Position numbers and translations under genes: made by a program. 32,000 bases of DNA from Acaryochloris marina MBIC11017 (GTDB taxonomy: Bacteria; Cyanobacteriota; Cyanobacteriia; Thermosynechococcales; Thermosynechococcaceae), in assembly GCF_000018105.1 (NCBI RefSeq), contig NC_009925.1, positions 4,710,001 to 4,742,000 of the forward strand, in the 5' to 3' direction. Under the pieces are notes generated by a model that ran no database searches, was not told where the DNA came from, and was given only the letters and a program-made list of their open reading frames with translations. Below, in pieces: positions 27,953-32,000 of the stretch (positions are counted from its first letter, which is position 1; every line of letters begins with the position of its first letter).

Positions 27953-29260
27953 ATGGTTGTCAGCAGAGGTAAAACACCATCCGCCCAAGAAACCTTTATG
28001 CAAATGGCCCAGGCAGCTGGGCTTAGAGGTCGGGTCTTTATCACCCTGGGACTGTTGATTTTGGTCCGGTTGGGTATTCGTCTTCCGGTTCCAGGTATCA
28101 ACCGTGCTGCTTTTACATCAACCTTTGCTGGCAACCCTGTCTTTGGCTTTTTAGACTTCTTCTCTGGTGGTGGTTTTTCTGCCCTAGGGATTTTTGCTTT
28201 AGGGATTATTCCCTTTATTAATGCCTCGATCATTTTGCAGCTGTTGACCGCTGCATTGCCATCCCTGGAGCGTCTACAAAAAGATGAAGGGGAAGCGGGT
28301 CGCCGCAAAATTTCCCAAATCACTCGCTACGTGGCTTTGGGATGGGCCATTATCCAAAGTACTGGATTTGCCATCTTAATCAATAGTGCCGAGGGTGTTG
28401 TGTTCAATCCCGGCATTGTGTTTATCGTTCAGATGGTGGTGGCCTTAACGGCTGGCTCCATGTTTGTGATGTGGGTTGGTGAATTGATTACGGAGAGAGG
28501 AGTAGGAAATGGCGCTTCTTTGCTCATCTTTTTGAGTATTGTTTCGGGTCTACCTAGCACCTTAGGCAATGCGTTGCAGATTGCTGAACAAGGCGAGGTC
28601 TCTAAAGTCATCATCTTGATTTCTGTTTTCATCTTGATGATTGTCGGCATTGTGTTCGTTCAAGAAGGCACTCGCAGAATTCCTATTGTCTATGCTCGCC
28701 GCCAAGTGGGACGACGAACCTATCAGGAACAGAAGAGTTATCTGCCCCTCCGCTTAAACTCTGGTGGAGTGATGCCCATTATTTTTGCCTCGGCTATGCT
28801 GATTTTGCCCGGCACCTTGGCGGGGCTAACGAACAATGCAACTATCATTGAGTTTGCTGGATATTTAAGTCCCAATAGTTCTCTACCTTGGGTCTATGTG
28901 ATTTTCTATCTGTCGATGATTGTCTTCTTCAGCTACTTCTACGCATCTTTGGTGGTTAACCCCATTGATATGTCCCAGAACTTGAAGAAGATGGGGGCCA
29001 GTATTCCAGGGATTCGTCCTGGGCGGGCAACGACAGAATATGTTGAAAAGGTTTTGAATCGATTAACGCTGTTGGGTGCTTTCTTCTTGGGAGCCGTTGT
29101 GTTGGTTCCAGTGGCCGCCGAGAGAGTGGTTGGTGGCGGTATCTTTTCTGGTTTTGGTGCAACATCACTTCTGATTTTGGTGGGTGTTGCGATTGATACG
29201 GCTAAGCAAATTCAGACCTATGTGATTTCCCAACGGTATGAAGGGATGGTGAAACAGTAG
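27953..29260 (+). CDS. secY: preprotein translocase subunit SecY
   Basis: 435-aa multi-TM protein with ALGIIPFINASIILQLL and ITERGVGNGASLLIF. Confidence 0.97.
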   Translation: MVVSRGKTPSAQETFMQMAQAAGLRGRVFITLGLLILVRLGIRLPVPGINRAAFTSTFAGNPVFGFLDFFSGGGFSALGIFALGIIPFINASIILQLLTAALPSLERLQKDEGEAGRRKISQITRYVALGWAIIQSTGFAILINSAEGVVFNPGIVFIVQMVVALTAGSMFVMWVGELITERGVGNGASLLIFLSIVSGLPSTLGNALQIAEQGEVSKVIILISVFILMIVGIVFVQEGTRRIPIVYARRQVGRRTYQEQKSYLPLRLNSGGVMPIIFASAMLILPGTLAGLTNNATIIEFAGYLSPNSSLPWVYVIFYLSMIVFFSYFYASLVVNPIDMSQNLKKMGASIPGIRPGRATTEYVEKVLNRLTLLGAFFLGAVVLVPVAAERVVGGGIFSGFGATSLLILVGVAIDTAKQIQTYVISQRYEGMVKQ

Positions 29261-29820
29261 TGGCACGTTTAATTCTGTTTGGGCCACCTGGGGCAGGCAA
29301 AGGTACGCAAGCCGTTACCCTCGCAGCAGACTTTAGTATTCCTCATATTTCGACGGGAGATTTATTCCGAGCAGCTATTTCGGGTAAAACTCCTCTAGGA
29401 TTGAAAGTTCAATCCTACTTGGATCAAGGGCAATTGGTCCCGGATCAAGTGGTGATTGATATGGTCCAAGAGCGATTGGCCCAGTCGGATACTGCTGGTG
29501 GATGGTTATTGGATGGATTTCCCCGGACTATTCCTCAAGCCCAAACGTTGGACAAGCTTCTACAGGAGATGAACCAAAGTTGCGATCGCGTCATCAATCT
29601 CCAGGTCCCTGAACAGACTTTGGTCACCCGGATGCTAAGCCGAGGACGGAAGGATGATACGGAAGCCGTTATCCAAGATCGTCTCCAGGTCTACCATACA
29701 GAGACTGCAACCATCTTAGATTTCTATCGTGAACGCAACTGCTTAGCGGATATCGATGGCGATACGACAGTGGAAGCCGTGACCGAACGCATCAAAGCGG
29801 CTTTGGCAGATCTCACATAA
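29260..29820 (+). CDS. adk: adenylate kinase (short-lid type)
   Basis: [31 protein letters not shown]. The GTG start overlaps the secY TAG by 1 nt. Confidence 0.96.
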   Translation: MARLILFGPPGAGKGTQAVTLAADFSIPHISTGDLFRAAISGKTPLGLKVQSYLDQGQLVPDQVVIDMVQERLAQSDTAGGWLLDGFPRTIPQAQTLDKLLQEMNQSCDRVINLQVPEQTLVTRMLSRGRKDDTEAVIQDRLQVYHTETATILDFYRERNCLADIDGDTTVEAVTERIKAALADLT

Positions 29821-29902
29821 TTCTTTATACTCTCTGTGTAGAAGCTGGATAACCTATCATTCGGTAAATCGGTTCAAACTCATCCCTAGGAGGATCAACT
29901 TT

Positions 29903-30127
29903 TTGGCTAAGCAAGATGCGATTGAAATGGAAGGTACGGTCACAGAATCGTTGCCGAATGCCATGTTTCGCGTGGACCTAGATAACGGGTTTAATGTTCT
30001 AGCCCATATCTCTGGCAAGATTCGGCGGAACTATATTAAAATTTTGCCCGGTGATCGTGTCAAGGTAGAGCTGACTCCCTACGATTTGACCAAAGGGCGG
30101 ATCACCTACCGCTTGCGCAAAAAGTAA
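29903..30127 (+). CDS. infA: translation initiation factor IF-1
   Basis: [55 protein letters not shown] start, with AGGAGG (29888-29893) 9 nt upstream. Confidence 0.96.
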   Translation: MAKQDAIEMEGTVTESLPNAMFRVDLDNGFNVLAHISGKIRRNYIKILPGDRVKVELTPYDLTKGRITYRLRKK

Positions 30128-30164
30128 CTCAACGACCCCAGGTACATTGCTCAAGATGCATTTG

Positions 30165-30184
30165 AGTTGCGATCGCAACTTTAT
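30165..30184 (+). terminator. candidate terminator: extended HIP1 palindrome after infA
   Basis: Perfect 16-nt palindrome AGTTGCGATCGCAACT (30165-30180) followed by TTTAT. It is preceded by a second hairpin, CTCAAG-ATGCA-TTTGAG (30150-30166). Confidence 0.35.
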
Positions 30185-30192
30185 CCATTGCT

Positions 30193-30951
30193 ATGGTGTC
30201 CACTGATACCCTGAAAGCGCAGCTACAAGACGGCGTTTTATCTTCGGTTGAGTATCGTATTGTCGCTCCCCTTGATTTACTCGATGCCCCCAACTCCAAA
30301 GCTTTAGCAACCCAGGCTTGGCCAGGGCGTCATTTGACGTTTGGTTTGACCGACCTCCCCCAACCCGGGCAAGCCCTTTCGGTTCGCCTTTGCGAAGATG
30401 ACTATCCTGGCTGGATTCGTCATGAAGCTCTCACGGCCCTCGAACCGGCAGCCCAGTCCTATCAAGCATCGTCTCTCACCCGCGATCAAATCTCGGCTCG
30501 CCTGCAATATGTCATTGCCTTTATGCTGGCAGCCATGGACCAACCCAATCAGTATTTATGGGGAGGCACCCTTGGTCCTAACTTTGACTGCTCAGGGCTA
30601 ATGCAGCGTGCATTTGCCGAACAATGTATTTGGCTACCCCGCGATGCCTATCAACAGGAAGCATTTACCCAAACGTTAACGAACCCAGGATCTGAAATCC
30701 AAGACTTTACCCAGATTTTGGAAACGGGCGATTTAGTCTTCTTTGGTCCCATCGAGAAGGCCAATCATGTGGCCTTGTACCTGGGCGACGGCAAATATAT
30801 ACATAGTTCTGGTACGGATCAAGGCCGCAATGGCATCGGCATTGACTTCATTTCCCCTTCTGGAGATGCTGTCACCGAAGCTTATTATGGCCAGATCCAT
30901 GGTGCTGGTCGGATCATCGAGAGCTATCAGCCCCAAACACAATCTTTCTAA
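30193..30951 (+). CDS. NlpC/P60 (C40) family cell-wall peptidase with N-terminal SH3b-like region
   Basis: Catalytic Cys motif YLWGGTLGPNFDCSGLMQRAF and His motif NHVALYLGDGKYIHSSG. Confidence 0.85.
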   Translation: MVSTDTLKAQLQDGVLSSVEYRIVAPLDLLDAPNSKALATQAWPGRHLTFGLTDLPQPGQALSVRLCEDDYPGWIRHEALTALEPAAQSYQASSLTRDQISARLQYVIAFMLAAMDQPNQYLWGGTLGPNFDCSGLMQRAFAEQCIWLPRDAYQQEAFTQTLTNPGSEIQDFTQILETGDLVFFGPIEKANHVALYLGDGKYIHSSGTDQGRNGIGIDFISPSGDAVTEAYYGQIHGAGRIIESYQPQTQSF

Positions 30952-31065
30952 ACCTATTTCTGGCAGAAACCCAGGGTATCTGTCTAACCGTCGATATTTT
31001 TTGATAGGTCATCCCATCTATCTGGGTTCAATAAAGACATCAGCATTTAGAGGTCATGGGCTGGG

Positions 31066-32000
31066 ATGTCTCCCACTCGATATCGCATTTTAGGGCAGGT
31101 TGGACAAGGACAATTTGGTCGAGTGCTTTGTGCACGCGATCGCAACACCGGATCATTAGTAGCCCTCAAGGTACTCAATAAACGAGAACTTCCAACTCGC
31201 TTTTTTCTACGAGAGTTGCGGTTACTCGCTAGTTTGCAGCATCCCAACATTGTCTCTGTGCAGACGATTACCTATACCGCCAAAGAACGATATCTGGTGA
31301 TGGACTATTGCGAAGGCGGTACCTTACGTGAATTAATACAACATCCCGTTCATCTCAGCTTTCAGCAACGGTTGCAGATCATTATTGATGTGCTCAAAGG
31401 GTTGGAATATGCCCACCAGAACGACATCATTCACTGCGACCTCAAACCGGAAAATATCTTACTCACCTATACCAAGCAGGGGACAACCGCTAGAATCACC
31501 GATTTTGGTATTGCTCGGTTAGCCGAAGAAGCGGGATATGGAGTCTTGGGTCAAGGGGACACTGGGTCTCCCGCCTATATGGCACCCGAACGTTTTTATA
31601 GTCAACATTCCTACGCCTCGGATCTCTATGCGGTTGGCGTGATGCTGTATGAACTATTGGTGGATAAGCGTCCCTTTATCGGCCTCCCGGGCGAACTGAT
31701 GACCGCCCATCTCAATGAAGTTGCTCAAATTCCCCAGGAAGTTCCTTTTCTCCTCCGTTCAGTCTTAAAAACGGCCCTACAAAAGCTCCCTCAGAAACGC
31801 TTTAAGAGTGCGACGGAAATGCTCAAGGCCGTCTCCCTGGCTGCAGATATTTTAGCGTCGGAAGATTCCAACTACACCCTTGCACCGAGTCAACAATGGC
31901 CAGAGCACTCGTGTCATCTCAATCTTCAACAAGAGCAATATCCGAGTCCCATCCACTGTATACATATACAGGACCATCAAGTTTACCTAGGCAGCCACAA
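31066..32000 (+). CDS. Hanks-type serine/threonine protein kinase (3' partial, runs off the window)
   Basis: Not in the ORF track because no stop is reached. ATG 31066 is followed by YRILGQVGQGQFGRV (Gly loop), VALK, HCDLKPENILL, DFGIA and SPAYMAPE. I read the frame through to position 32000 and found it open. Confidence 0.9.
   Translation, partial: MSPTRYRILGQVGQGQFGRVLCARDRNTGSLVALKVLNKRELPTRFFLRELRLLASLQHPNIVSVQTITYTAKERYLVMDYCEGGTLRELIQHPVHLSFQQRLQIIIDVLKGLEYAHQNDIIHCDLKPENILLTYTKQGTTARITDFGIARLAEEAGYGVLGQGDTGSPAYMAPERFYSQHSYASDLYAVGVMLYELLVDKRPFIGLPGELMTAHLNEVAQIPQEVPFLLRSVLKTALQKLPQKRFKSATEMLKAVSLAADILASEDSNYTLAPSQQWPEHSCHLNLQQEQYPSPIHCIHIQDHQVYLGSH

Noticed and set aside
24537-29262. 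One-nucleotide stop/start overlaps (TAATG at 24537-24541 and 26495-26499; TAGTG at 29258-29262)
   Set aside because: This is ordinary translational coupling within ribosomal operons and is not a recoding signal.
1-32000. CRISPR arrays, rRNA genes
   Set aside because: No regularly spaced direct repeats and no rRNA-like conserved blocks were seen on either strand.

Overview
Cyanobacterial chromosome segment. The assignment rests on exact HIP1 GCGATCGC palindromes, a DUF29 gene, and an L3-to-IF1 ribosomal cluster lacking S10, S14 and L30. The window has three parts. (1) Positions 1-11.4 kb look accessory. They hold an alpha/beta-hydrolase ORF and an NB-ARC-TPR (NLR-like STAND) ORF that share one reading frame, split by a single TGA. 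Next come a metallophosphoesterase and a class I methyltransferase cut by an IS630-family element; the TA target duplication is visible and the host ORF is restored on in-silico excision. Then a divergent desaturase, and a tightly coupled pair of paralogous STAND/AAA-like ATPases, one with an N-terminal HTH and one with a large glycine-rich multi-pass membrane domain. (2) Positions 11.4-18.9 kb are housekeeping or mixed: cbiG/cobJ fusion, two unknown membrane proteins, cobO, DUF2085, a sugar-type ABC binding protein, a YiiD-like thioesterase and DUF29. (3) Positions 19.2-30.1 kb carry rplC-rplD-rplW-rplB-rpsS-rplV-rpsC-rplP-rpmC-rpsQ-rplN-rplX-rplE-rpsH-rplF-rplR-rpsE-rplO-secY-adk-infA, followed by an NlpC/P60 peptidase and a partial Hanks-type Ser/Thr kinase. 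The best candidates for undescribed biology are the stop-codon-split hydrolase/NLR locus with its amyloid-motif-like tail, and the HTH-ATPase plus membrane-ATPase gene pair. No tRNA, rRNA or CRISPR array was seen. All family assignments come from motif reading by eye; no searches were run.
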